From positions 1 through 22,047 of the forward strand of contig CAZZXB010000040.1 of NCBI GenBank assembly GCA_964658025.1: 22,047 nt of DNA, given 5' to 3'. Below, one piece after another: positions 1 to 9,013 of this stretch. Position numbers and translations under genes: made by a program. Below the pieces are notes generated by a model. The model made no database searches, had not been told where the DNA came from, and was given only the letters and a program-made list of their open reading frames with translations. Source of the DNA: an uncultured Janthinobacterium sp. GTDB lineage: Bacteria > Vulcanimicrobiota > Vulcanimicrobiia > Vulcanimicrobiales > Vulcanimicrobiaceae. Position 1 is the stretch's first letter; each line of letters opens with the position of its first letter.

Positions 1-2
1 TT

Positions 3-1541
3 ACCGCGCGCGACGCGCGTTCGCTCGTGCGACGACAGGCGGTGCGGCTCGAGCGCCTCGCCGAGCAGGCGATGGCGTTACTCGACGCGCGCCGGACGCG
101 CCCCGAGCGCGACGATCGATCGAGCTCGGCGAAGCCCGAGTCGGTTCGCGACGTCGCGGCATCCGCGCTCGAATACGAGATCGAACAGCGCCGGATCGCC
201 GAACGACGCTTGCGACACGTCGAGATGCACGACGAGCTCACCGGCCTGCCGAATCGTACGGCGTTTCTCGAATCGGTCGAAGCGATCGTCGCGCGAGCCC
301 TCGCCGAACCGATCGCGTCGACCGAACTCTCGCTCCTCGTCGTCGACGTCGATCACTTCAAACACGTCAACGATTCGCTCGGCCACGGGTACGGCGACGA
401 ACTCCTCACCGCGATCGGGCGTCGTCTGCGCGCGTGCGTCGGCGCGAACGCGCTCCTCTCGCGGCTCGGCGGCGACGAGTTCGGTATCGCGTTGCACGGC
501 CGTCGCTCGCCCGAGCGCGCGATGAACGCGGCGCACGCGATCCTCGATTCGTTTCGCCTTCCCGTAATACTCGGCGCGCGCGAGATCTATATCGGCGTCA
601 GCATCGGGATGACGTCGCTCGAGCCGCGCCATCGCTCGGCCCAGGACGTGTTGCGCGACGCCGACGCCGCGCTCTACCGGGCGAAACGGACGGGCCGTAA
701 CCGTCACGAAGTCTTCAGTCCCGATCTCGCCGAGCATACGGTCGCGCGGCAAGAACTCGACACGGCGCTGCGCTACGCGATCTCGCGCGGCGAGTTCCGC
801 CTCCATTTCCAGCCGATCGTCTCGCTCGTCGACGACTCGATCCGCGGTCACGAAGCGTTATTGCGTTGGTACCATCCGACGTACGGCGTCGTTCCGCCCG
901 ATCGGTTCATCCCGCTCGCCGAAGAGACGGGCTACATCGACGACATCGGACGTTGGGTCTTACTTCAAGCGTGTCGTACGGCGAAGGCCTTCGATACGTC
1001 CGGGATGGGACCGCGGATGAGCGTCAACGTCTCCGCGTTCCAGATGCAGTCGGGTCGCCTCGTCGGCGACGTCGTCGCCGCGCTGACGGAGACCGGACTC
1101 CAAGCCCAGCGGCTCCAACTCGAGATCACGGAGACGGCGATGATCGGCCTGCCGAAGGTCGCGATCGAAACGGCGACGCGCCTCAAGGAACTCGGCGTCC
1201 GCATCGCCCTCGACGATTTCGGGAGCGGCTACTCGTCGATCGGCTTCCTCCAACAATTTCCGATCGACACGCTCAAGATCGATCGGACCTTCGTGAGCGG
1301 TCGCGACGAATCGATCCGCAGTCCCGAACTCGTCCGCGCGATCCTCGCGCTCGCGGAAAAACTCGGGCTCGACGTCACCGCCGAAGGGATCGAGACGCCG
1401 CTGCAAGCGCGCTTACTGCGCAGTTACGGATGCACGCACGGGCAGGGCTATTTCTTTGCGAAGCCCGGCGAGACGGCGATCCGCACGATTCGCGCGGCCG
1501 CGCGTCGGCGGTCGCCGCGTTATCGGAGCGCCGCTTCGTAG
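3..1541 (+). CDS. GGDEF-EAL diguanylate cyclase/phosphodiesterase (5'-truncated by window edge)
   Basis: Motifs HDELTGLPNR, DVDHFKHVNDSLGH, RLGGDEF, EALLRW, LEITE, DDFGSGYSS, KIDRTF, AEGIE and QGY. The frame is open from position 3, so the true start probably lies upstream. The N-terminal helix LERLAEQAMALLDARR resembles the tail of a sensory (GAF-like) domain. Confidence 0.95.
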   Translation, partial: TARDARSLVRRQAVRLERLAEQAMALLDARRTRPERDDRSSSAKPESVRDVAASALEYEIEQRRIAERRLRHVEMHDELTGLPNRTAFLESVEAIVARALAEPIASTELSLLVVDVDHFKHVNDSLGHGYGDELLTAIGRRLRACVGANALLSRLGGDEFGIALHGRRSPERAMNAAHAILDSFRLPVILGAREIYIGVSIGMTSLEPRHRSAQDVLRDADAALYRAKRTGRNRHEVFSPDLAEHTVARQELDTALRYAISRGEFRLHFQPIVSLVDDSIRGHEALLRWYHPTYGVVPPDRFIPLAEETGYIDDIGRWVLLQACRTAKAFDTSGMGPRMSVNVSAFQMQSGRLVGDVVAALTETGLQAQRLQLEITETAMIGLPKVAIETATRLKELGVRIALDDFGSGYSSIGFLQQFPIDTLKIDRTFVSGRDESIRSPELVRAILALAEKLGLDVTAEGIETPLQARLLRSYGCTHGQGYFFAKPGETAIRTIRAAARRRSPRYRSAAS

Positions 1542-3064
1542 AAGCGATCGAGATCCGCGCGCAAGCGCGCGCGCGCGCTCGGATCGAGGTAGACCATGTG
1601 GCCCGACTCGTAGTAGCCGTACGAGACGTTCCGTCGCAGGCTCGGATCGAGTGCGAGATGGTCGAGCGTATATTCCGTCGCGAAAAACGGCGTCGCGAAA
1701 TCGTAGTATCCGTTCGCCGAGAATACGTGCAGTAACGCGTTCTTCGTCATCGCGTCCTTGAGATCGCCCGCGACGTTCGCGGCGGGAACGTTGCTCGGCT
1801 CCGCTCCGGGCGATCGACGAAAATCCCAATGGTCGCCGACTTCGGGGTAGTTCGTCGTGCGATACTCGTCGTTCGTGCGATACCCGAGCTCGTCGCGGAC
1901 GTAGCGGTTGAGCGTCGCCGTCACCGGACCCGTGATCGCAGGATCGGTCGGATCGTATTCGGGCGAATCCGCGACCGGATCGATGTCGATGCCGAGAAAG
2001 CGGCCGTCGAGCCGTCCGAGCGTCCGACCGCGATCGCGGAAGAGTTCTTTCTCGAAGCGATCGTTCGTCACGCGCAGGTTCGAGAGCGCGAGATAGTTCG
2101 GCGAGAGCCCGGTGTATGCGTGGAGCCGCGCGACGATCGCGTCGCGCGTCGCGGGCGGGATCCGATCGCCGAGCGCGAGCGCGCTCGCGTACGGACCGGC
2201 CGCGAACGCGCGGACCTCGGCGAGAAAGGCGGGCAGATCCGTCGGTTGGTTCGGAAGCGCGTGATGGTACGCGGCGACGGCGGCCTGCGTCGGGAGGTAG
2301 AGCGGATACGCCGCGTCGTCGGTCGGTAAGGTCGAATCGAGCGAGAAGTTCAAGATGCTCGAGAGCAGGACGACGCCGCGAAAATCCATGCCGTCGTTCT
2401 GGAGCCGATCGACGAGCACGGCGGAACGCGTCGTGCCGTAACTCTCGCCGAACAGAAACTTCGGCGAGTTCCAACGGTCGTTCGCCGTCACGTAACGCCG
2501 GATGAACTGCGCGAACGCTTTCGCGTCTTGATCGATGCCGTAGAACGTTTCGGGCTTGCCCTTGCCGACGATGCGACTGAAACCCGTGCCGACCGCGTCG
2601 ACGAACACGAGATCGGAGCGATCGAGCAGCGTCTGTTGGTTGTCGACGAGCGCGTACGGCGCGGCGGGCGTGAGCCCGGGATTGCGGACCTCGACGCGTC
2701 GCGGTCCGAACGAGAGCATGTGCAACCATCCCGACGACGAGCCCGGACCGCCGTTATAGAAGAACGTGAGCGGGCGTTTCGCGGCGTCGCCGTTACGGAC
2801 GTACGCCGTATAGAACACGCTCGCTTCGGGCTCGTCTTTCGCGTCGACGAGCAGGATCGTCCCCGCGGTCGCCGTGTATGCGAGGTCGGCGCCCCCGACG
2901 CGGATCGCGTGGTGGGTGACGTAGTGTTTCGGGGCGGGGACGGGAGCGGGCGACGGGCTCGGAACGTCGGGAGCGTCCGCGGCGCCCGCGCGCGCTCCCG
3001 GCGAGCAGACGCATGCGAGCGTCGCGAACGCGAACGCGACGACGGAGATGCGAAGCGCGCTCAC
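1520..3064 (-). CDS. Secreted serine carboxypeptidase, peptidase family S10 (514 aa)
   Basis: Motifs NGGPGSSS, GESYG (Ser), NGYYD (Asp) and ESGHM (His). The start is placed at GTG 3064, which overlaps the upstream TGA (GTGA) and gives a Sec signal peptide (MSALRISVVAFAFATLACVC...ARA). The longer 722-aa ORF call is a shadow extension. Confidence 0.93.
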   Translation of the reverse strand: MSALRISVVAFAFATLACVCSPGARAGAADAPDVPSPSPAPVPAPKHYVTHHAIRVGGADLAYTATAGTILLVDAKDEPEASVFYTAYVRNGDAAKRPLTFFYNGGPGSSSGWLHMLSFGPRRVEVRNPGLTPAAPYALVDNQQTLLDRSDLVFVDAVGTGFSRIVGKGKPETFYGIDQDAKAFAQFIRRYVTANDRWNSPKFLFGESYGTTRSAVLVDRLQNDGMDFRGVVLLSSILNFSLDSTLPTDDAAYPLYLPTQAAVAAYHHALPNQPTDLPAFLAEVRAFAAGPYASALALGDRIPPATRDAIVARLHAYTGLSPNYLALSNLRVTNDRFEKELFRDRGRTLGRLDGRFLGIDIDPVADSPEYDPTDPAITGPVTATLNRYVRDELGYRTNDEYRTTNYPEVGDHWDFRRSPGAEPSNVPAANVAGDLKDAMTKNALLHVFSANGYYDFATPFFATEYTLDHLALDPSLRRNVSYGYYESGHMVYLDPSARARLRADLDRFYEAALR

Positions 3065-3747
3065 GGCGTCGGCGCGCAGGGACGATCGGGCGCGACCGCG
3101 CGGTTCGCGAACGACGTGGTGAAGCTCGCGGGTTCCGCGGGCTTCCACCCTTGCGAACTGCGGACGAACGTCGCATTCGCGGACCGCTCCGTCCCCCAGA
3201 GACCGATCGCGCGCGGATCGGTGCCGCACCAGGCGAGCGCGTTCTGCTTCATCCAATCGTCGAGTTGCGCGCCGAACTCGTTGGGCGTCACGTCGAATCC
3301 ATACGTCGCCGAGGCCGTGTCCTTGCCCGTCTCGTGCACGTCGCTCACGCTGCGTAACTTCGCGCGCGCGAGCGGAACGGTCCACGTCTCGCACTTCGCA
3401 CACGCGCCCGTGGCGTCGCCGCGCGCGACGGTCCAGCCGTTCGCGGCGGCGTAGGCGCGCCCCGCGTCCTCGAACGTGCAGACGGTATGCGCGGAGAACA
3501 GACCCGGTTCCGCGTCGCGACACGCGAGCCAGCGCTTCGCGTAGAGGAAGCCGTCGATCGCGTACGGTTTCGCCGGCCGTTCGCGCCCGACGACGAACGT
3601 GAGCGTCTGCGTGGCGGCGGCCGGCGCGAAGACCGTGCTCTCGAGCGCGGTCGTCGCCGTTTTCTCGCCGAGACCCGTCGACTTGCATCCGGCGATCGCG
3701 AACGCGATCGAAAAAAGTACGGCAAATTTACGAACGCATTGCGGCAT
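3061..3747 (-). CDS. Hypothetical Cys-rich lipoprotein (228 aa)
   Basis: ATG 3747 is preceded by GAGG. Signal peptide MPQCVRKFAVLFSIAFAIAG-C has lipobox IAGC. The stop overlaps the S10 start. Confidence 0.8.
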   Translation of the reverse strand: MPQCVRKFAVLFSIAFAIAGCKSTGLGEKTATTALESTVFAPAAATQTLTFVVGRERPAKPYAIDGFLYAKRWLACRDAEPGLFSAHTVCTFEDAGRAYAAANGWTVARGDATGACAKCETWTVPLARAKLRSVSDVHETGKDTASATYGFDVTPNEFGAQLDDWMKQNALAWCGTDPRAIGLWGTERSANATFVRSSQGWKPAEPASFTTSFANRAVAPDRPCAPTP

Positions 3748-3838
3748 GTGACCTCGTTCGCTTCTCCCCGCACGCGAGCCCTTGAAAGTGATGTGCGTCG
3801 TACGCGCAATCGGGGCAGCGCGCCGATGCGTTCTACAG

Positions 3839-5359
3839 ATGTCTATGCACGGCACGGCGCGTCTCGTCCGCTCGCTCCGCGTTACCGCACTCGGCGGATT
3901 GCTCGTGCTCGTCTTCCTCGTCGGACGCGTACCGTCGCGCGTCGCCGCCGTCGCCGCCGTGCCGTCGGCTCCGGCACCGTCGTACGGCACGATCGGCGCG
4001 CAGGCCGCGCGAACGCTGGTCGGTTCGTTCTACGGTGGAAGCGGCCTCTGGCGCGATTGCGTCGCGTCGGACTGCCGCTTGCACAATAACGATTGGGGCT
4101 CCGACTCGCTGACGGATTCGCTCTATCTGCGTTGGAAGACGGCGCCCGATCCCGCCGCCCGCGACGTGCTCGCCGCGCTCGCGGGCTCGACGCGCCGTTA
4201 CCCGGCGCCGTGTTTCGGTCGCGCGTGCCTGCTCTGGAGCGACGCGCCGCTCTGGGATTCGATCGCGGACGAACGCGAGTACGAAGCGGACCCCAAAGAC
4301 GTCGTCGCGCTCGAGAAGGCGCTCGCGGCGTTCCGTGCCGTCGAGCTCTCGGACGTGTACGAGCGCGGCGCGTGCCCCGCGATCCGCTACCAGCGTCCCT
4401 TCGGTCGCGGCGACAAGTTGAAGACGCTCGAGACCGATTCCAACGGCGTGAAATCGGCATTGCTCCTGTACGACGCGACGCGCGATCCGTCGTTCTTGCG
4501 CATCGCGGAGCGCCGCTATGCGGCGATCCGCAAATACTTCCTCGATCCCGAGTTGCCGCTCTACTCCGTGTACGTCTTCGACGACGGCCACGATTGCGTT
4601 CAGGTACCGCACCGCTTTTTCGCCTCGGTCAACGGCAACATGATCTGGAACGGATTGCGCCTGGCGACGATCACGGGCGATCCGTCGTATCGCGCGCAAG
4701 CGCGCGCGACCGAGCACGCCGTCATGGGATCGCTCTCGGATCAGCACGGCGTCTTCACCGATCTGCAAGCGGAGAACGATATCGCCGAGCCGTTGATCGA
4801 GGCGATGTACGTGCTCGCGGATGGGTGGCACGACGGCGACGCCCGCCGCTGGCTGCTCGCGAATGCGGCGGCCGCATACGCCGCGCGCAAGCCCGACGGA
4901 ACGTTCGGTCGTTTTTTCGACGGACCGCCGCCGCCGGGCGCCGTCTCGGCGTGGCAGACGAACGGCGGCTTCGCGCTCGAGATCGCGGCCGCGGCGCTCG
5001 CGCCCGAGAAAACCGTCGCGCGCGACGGGTGGGAGCGCGCGCGGCTCGTCTCGCGCGAGATCAAACGGTTTCCGGCGCGCGTCTCGTTCGAGGGCTCGGG
5101 GATCGCGCTGCTCGGAACGATCGGCGACGTCTGTTGCCAGCCGGGTCACGCGCGCGTGATGCTCGACGGCGTGGAGACGACGAGTCACGTCGGCGCGTGG
5201 CAGAACAAATCGAGTTCGGGTCGTCGGCTCCCCGACTCCGTGATCTTCGCGTGGCGTTGGGCGTCGATCGGACATCACGAAGTCACGCTGTTGCCGGGCG
5301 ACGCGAACGCGAAAGAAGGCGGCGCGTTCGTGCATCTCAGCGGGTATCTCGTTCGGTAA
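3839..5359 (+). CDS. Secreted glycoside hydrolase-like protein (GH76-like (alpha/alpha)6 barrel plus C-terminal galactose-binding-like beta-sandwich)
   Basis: N-terminal hydrophobic signal (ALGGLLVLVFLV). Helical repeats such as ALLLYDATRDPSFLRIA and LATITGDPSYRAQA are typical of six-hairpin glycosidases. The C-terminal FEGSGIALLG...GHARVMLDG...GHHEVTL pattern fits a beta-sandwich. Start uncertain (3782, 3839 or 3845). Confidence 0.65.
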   Translation: MSMHGTARLVRSLRVTALGGLLVLVFLVGRVPSRVAAVAAVPSAPAPSYGTIGAQAARTLVGSFYGGSGLWRDCVASDCRLHNNDWGSDSLTDSLYLRWKTAPDPAARDVLAALAGSTRRYPAPCFGRACLLWSDAPLWDSIADEREYEADPKDVVALEKALAAFRAVELSDVYERGACPAIRYQRPFGRGDKLKTLETDSNGVKSALLLYDATRDPSFLRIAERRYAAIRKYFLDPELPLYSVYVFDDGHDCVQVPHRFFASVNGNMIWNGLRLATITGDPSYRAQARATEHAVMGSLSDQHGVFTDLQAENDIAEPLIEAMYVLADGWHDGDARRWLLANAAAAYAARKPDGTFGRFFDGPPPPGAVSAWQTNGGFALEIAAAALAPEKTVARDGWERARLVSREIKRFPARVSFEGSGIALLGTIGDVCCQPGHARVMLDGVETTSHVGAWQNKSSSGRRLPDSVIFAWRWASIGHHEVTLLPGDANAKEGGAFVHLSGYLVR

Positions 5360-5418
5360 GTCGCGGATCGTCCGCGCGCGCGGTCCGTGCGAAATTCCTG
5401 CGATGAACGCGGGCCGCG

Positions 5419-7053
5419 GTGCGCGAAACCGTCCGACGCGTGATTCGATCGGCGATTCCCGCGTGGCGGCTCTCGTTACGCACCTGGCAACGGACGGCGT
5501 TCGAGACGTGGATGGCCGCGCGCGAGCGCGACGCGCTCTTCGTCGCGACGCCGGGTGCGGGAAAAACGCGCTTCGCGACGCGTCTCGCGCACGCGCTCGT
5601 CACCGACGGCTCGATCGCGCGGACGATCGTCGTCGTTCCGCGCGAACATCTCAAAGGGCAGTTCTCGCGCGCGATGGCCGGCGCCGGGATCCAACTCGAT
5701 CACCGCTTCCGTAACGCCGACGCCGCGCTCTCGCCCGATTTCGACGGCGCGGTCGTGACGTACCAGCAGGTCGCGGCGGCACCGCATCGCTTCGCCGCGC
5801 TCGCCCGCGTGCCGACGCTCGTCGTGCTCGACGAGATCCATCACGCGGGCGAAGAAGCGTCGTGGGGACAGGCGCTTCGCGACGCGTTCGGCGAGGCGAC
5901 GTATCGCGTGTCGCTTTCGGGGACGCCGTTTCGTTCCGACGGAAATCCGATTCCGTTCGTGCGTTACGAGGCGGGGGCGTGCGTCGCGGCGTTCGCGTAC
6001 GACTACGCGCAGGCGCTCCGCGACGGCGTGTGTCGGGCGCTCGTGTTCCCGATGCACGGCGGCGAGGCCGAGTGGACGAGCGCCGACGGAACGGCGATGC
6101 GCGCGAGTTTCGACGATCCGATCGAACGCCGCCACCAAAGCGAGCGGTTGCGGACGGCGCTCACGCAACCCGCGTGGCTCGGCGACGTGCTGGAACGCGC
6201 GCACGAACGGATCCTCGAAGCGCGCGCGCTCGGCCATCGCGATGCGGGCGGCCTCGTCGCGGCGATGAATCAGGAGCACGCGCGCTTCGTGGCGCGATTA
6301 CTCGAAGCGCGCACGGGCGTGCGACCCGAGATCGTCGTCTCCGATCTCGACGACGCGTCGCGACGGATCGGCAGCTTCGCGCGCTCGAACGATCCGTGGA
6401 TCGTCGCGGTCCACATGATCTCCGAAGGCGTCGACATCCCGCGCCTGCGCGTCGGCGTGTTCGCGAGTAACGTCGTCTCCGAGATGTACTTCCGGCAGTT
6501 CTGCGGGCGCTTCGTCCGCACGGGCTCCGACGCGTCGACGGGACGCGAGGCGTACGTCTACCTGCCCGACGACGTCCGCCTGCGCGCGCTCGCGGCCCGG
6601 ATCACCGAAGACGTCCGTTCGCGCTTGCGTTCGCGCGACGAGGCGGACGACGCGGCGCGCGCGCTCGCCGAGGCGAATCGCGAAGCGACCGAACCCGGCG
6701 CCGGCGCGTACGCGTCGATCTCCGCGCTCTCGCGCGAGGGTCGCACGCTCGACTTCGGACCGCTCTTCAATCCGGCCGCATTTCTCGCGGAGCCGCAGGC
6801 CGAGATCGAACGCGAGGCCGAGCGCGAGGTCGTCGTCACGCACGCCGAACGCCGCGAGACCGCGCGCCGCGATCTGCGCGGGCTCGTCTCGCGCGTGAGC
6901 GCGCAGTTCGGCGTGGCGCACAAGCGCGTCCACGCGACGATGAACGAACGCTTCGGCGGCCCGCTCGCCGCCGCGTCCCTCGCCGAGCTCGACGCGCGCC
7001 GCCGCCTACTCGAACGCTGGCTCGAGCGTCGCGTCTACGACGGTCTGCGGTAG
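5419..7053 (+). CDS. SF2 DEAD/DEAH-box (ResIII-like) helicase, actinobacterial Rv2917-like family
   Basis: Q-motif LRTWQ, Walker A ATPGAGKT, VPREHL, DEIHH, SGTPFRSD, MISEGVDIPRL and QFCGRFVR, followed by a short helical C-terminal domain. Start approximate. Confidence 0.9.
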   Translation: MRETVRRVIRSAIPAWRLSLRTWQRTAFETWMAARERDALFVATPGAGKTRFATRLAHALVTDGSIARTIVVVPREHLKGQFSRAMAGAGIQLDHRFRNADAALSPDFDGAVVTYQQVAAAPHRFAALARVPTLVVLDEIHHAGEEASWGQALRDAFGEATYRVSLSGTPFRSDGNPIPFVRYEAGACVAAFAYDYAQALRDGVCRALVFPMHGGEAEWTSADGTAMRASFDDPIERRHQSERLRTALTQPAWLGDVLERAHERILEARALGHRDAGGLVAAMNQEHARFVARLLEARTGVRPEIVVSDLDDASRRIGSFARSNDPWIVAVHMISEGVDIPRLRVGVFASNVVSEMYFRQFCGRFVRTGSDASTGREAYVYLPDDVRLRALAARITEDVRSRLRSRDEADDAARALAEANREATEPGAGAYASISALSREGRTLDFGPLFNPAAFLAEPQAEIEREAEREVVVTHAERRETARRDLRGLVSRVSAQFGVAHKRVHATMNERFGGPLAAASLAELDARRRLLERWLERRVYDGLR

Positions 7054-7084
7054 ACGGCCGTCGCGACGGGATCGTCGTCGGTTT

Positions 7085-7109
7085 GCGACGTTCGCGTCGC
7101 GACGTCGCG
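7085..7109. terminator. Hairpin/palindromes between convergent helicase and thrS; possible terminator
   Basis: GCGACG-TTCG-CGTCGC (7085-7100) overlaps the palindrome CGCGACGTCGCG. There is no good U-tract. Confidence 0.25.
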
Positions 7110-7189
7110 TATCTCGAACTCGCCGGGCGACTCGGCAGCCCGTTCGCGACGAGCGAGAGGCCGCTACGCGGACGCCGCGCGCCGGCGCT

Positions 7190-8935
7190 TCAGACCTTGC
7201 GCGTCACCCGATCGCGTAATTCTTCGGCGAACGCCTCGACCGTGATCGACGGGCGCTTCTCGTCGTTCCCGCGTTCGTTCGGGGCGACGGTTCCCGCCTC
7301 GACTTCGCTCCGACCGGCGACGAGGATGTACGGCACCTTCTGCGTCTTCCAATGGCGGATCTTGTAGCCGAGCTTTTCGTTCGACGTATCGACCTCCACG
7401 CGGAAGCCCCGCGCGCGTAAGCGGTCGCGCACGTCCGTGGCGTATGCGAGCTGGTGTTCGGAGATCGGGGCGACGACCGCTTGCACGGGTGCGAGCCAGG
7501 CCGGAAACGCGCCGCCGTAATGTTCGATCAGCACGCCGAAGAAGCGTTCCATCGAGCCCGCGAGCGCGCGATGGATCATGACCGGGCGATGGTCGGCGCC
7601 GTCGCTGCCGCGATAGGCGAGCGCGAAACGCTCGGGGAGCGTGAAGTCGACTTGCACCGTGCCGAGTTGCCACGCGCGACCGATCGCGTCGTAGACGTTG
7701 ATGTCGAGCTTCGGTCCGTAGAACGCGCCGCCGTCTTCGTCGACGTCGTACGGTAAGCCGCGCGATTCGAGCGCGCCGCGGATCGCGGCTTCGGCGACGT
7801 CGTCGCTCGCCACGCGGGTCGCCGGGTCGCGGCGCGAGAGGACGTAGGTCACGCGGCCGAATCCGAACGCCGTGATGAGGCGGATCGCTTCGTCCGCCGT
7901 CTGTTCGAACTCGGCTTGCAGTTGCTCGGGCATGCAGAAGAGATGCGCGTCGTCCTGGGTGAAGCCGCGCACGCGCGTGAGCCCGTGCAACGTACCGCTG
8001 CGTTCGAAGCGATAGACCGTGCCGAACTCCGAATAACGTAACGGCAGGTCGCGATACGAGCGCGCCTCGCTGCGATAGATGAGGATGTGCCCGGGGCAAT
8101 TCATCGGCTTGAGCCGGAAGCGCTGCCCCTCGACTTCGAGCGCGCCGAAGATCCCGTGCGCGTAATTTTCGAGATGGCCCGAGATCTCGTAGAGTTTCTC
8201 GCTCACGACGTGCGGCGTGTAGACCGGCTGATAGCCGCGCTCGGCGAGTCCTTCACGGATGAAGGTTTCCACGAGACCGCGCACGATCGCGCCCTTGGGA
8301 TGCCAGAACACGAGCCCGCCGCCCGCGTCCTCCTCGATCGAGAACAGCCCGAGTTCCGCACCGAGTTTGCGATGGTCGCGCCTCTGCGCCTCCTCGATCT
8401 GTAGGAGGTAGGCGTCGAGCTCCTCGCGCGAATGCCACGCGGTGCCGTAGATCCGTTGCAGTTGCGGGTTGTGCTCGTCGCCGCGCCAGTAGGCACCCGC
8501 GACCGTCGTGAGCTTCACCGCGCCGATGCCGCCCGTGCTCTTCGCGTGACCGCCGCGACAGAGATCGGTGAACGCGCCGATCGTATACAACGTGATCGGT
8601 TCGTGTTCGGGGATGCCGTTCGCGAGCTCGATCTTGTAGGGATTATCGGCGAAGCGCTCGATCGCGGCGTCGCGCGTCACGCGCTCGCCCGTCATCTCGT
8701 AGTCCGCGGCGACGATCTCGTGCATGCGCGCTTCGATCCGTTCGAGATCGGCCGGCGTGAACGGTTCGGGGCGATCGAAATCGTAGTAGAAGCCGTTTTC
8801 GATCGCGGGTCCGATCGTCGGTTTCGCTTCGGGAAAGAGATCCTGCACGGCGTACGCGAGCACGTGCGCCGCGGTGTGGCGGATTTCGTCGAGCGGCGGG
8901 CGGTCGTGGTGCGCGGGCGGCGCGGCTGATGCCAT
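7190..8935 (-). CDS. thrS: Threonine--tRNA ligase (581 aa, lacking N-terminal TGS domain)
   Basis: Editing domain RHTAAH...DLCRGGH; AYWRGD; RDHRKLG; KPMNCPGH; YRFERSG; RVRGFTQDDAH; GAFYGPKLD; HRA; anticodon domain KIR...KVPY. ATG 8935 is preceded by GAGAGG. Confidence 0.98.
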   Translation of the reverse strand: MASAAPPAHHDRPPLDEIRHTAAHVLAYAVQDLFPEAKPTIGPAIENGFYYDFDRPEPFTPADLERIEARMHEIVAADYEMTGERVTRDAAIERFADNPYKIELANGIPEHEPITLYTIGAFTDLCRGGHAKSTGGIGAVKLTTVAGAYWRGDEHNPQLQRIYGTAWHSREELDAYLLQIEEAQRRDHRKLGAELGLFSIEEDAGGGLVFWHPKGAIVRGLVETFIREGLAERGYQPVYTPHVVSEKLYEISGHLENYAHGIFGALEVEGQRFRLKPMNCPGHILIYRSEARSYRDLPLRYSEFGTVYRFERSGTLHGLTRVRGFTQDDAHLFCMPEQLQAEFEQTADEAIRLITAFGFGRVTYVLSRRDPATRVASDDVAEAAIRGALESRGLPYDVDEDGGAFYGPKLDINVYDAIGRAWQLGTVQVDFTLPERFALAYRGSDGADHRPVMIHRALAGSMERFFGVLIEHYGGAFPAWLAPVQAVVAPISEHQLAYATDVRDRLRARGFRVEVDTSNEKLGYKIRHWKTQKVPYILVAGRSEVEAGTVAPNERGNDEKRPSITVEAFAEELRDRVTRKV

Positions 8936-9013
8936 GCGCCTCTCGTTGGCCGCCTTCGCGGAGCGCGCCTCTGCGGCGGGAAACGCGCCGCGCGGGCGGC
9001 AAGAAACGGCCGA

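Noticed and set aside
3065..3688. N-terminal extension of the S10 peptidase (722-aa ORF)
   Set aside because: It is an off-frame read of the lipoprotein gene. The signal peptide begins at GTG 3064.
3833..5335. Long antisense and alternate-frame ORFs here and throughout the window
   Set aside because: They are expected from stop-codon scarcity at high GC. The translations are Arg-rich and have no motifs.
5419..7053. Type III restriction or anti-phage system
   Set aside because: No methyltransferase, nuclease domain or defence-island neighbours, and composition matches the surrounding genes.
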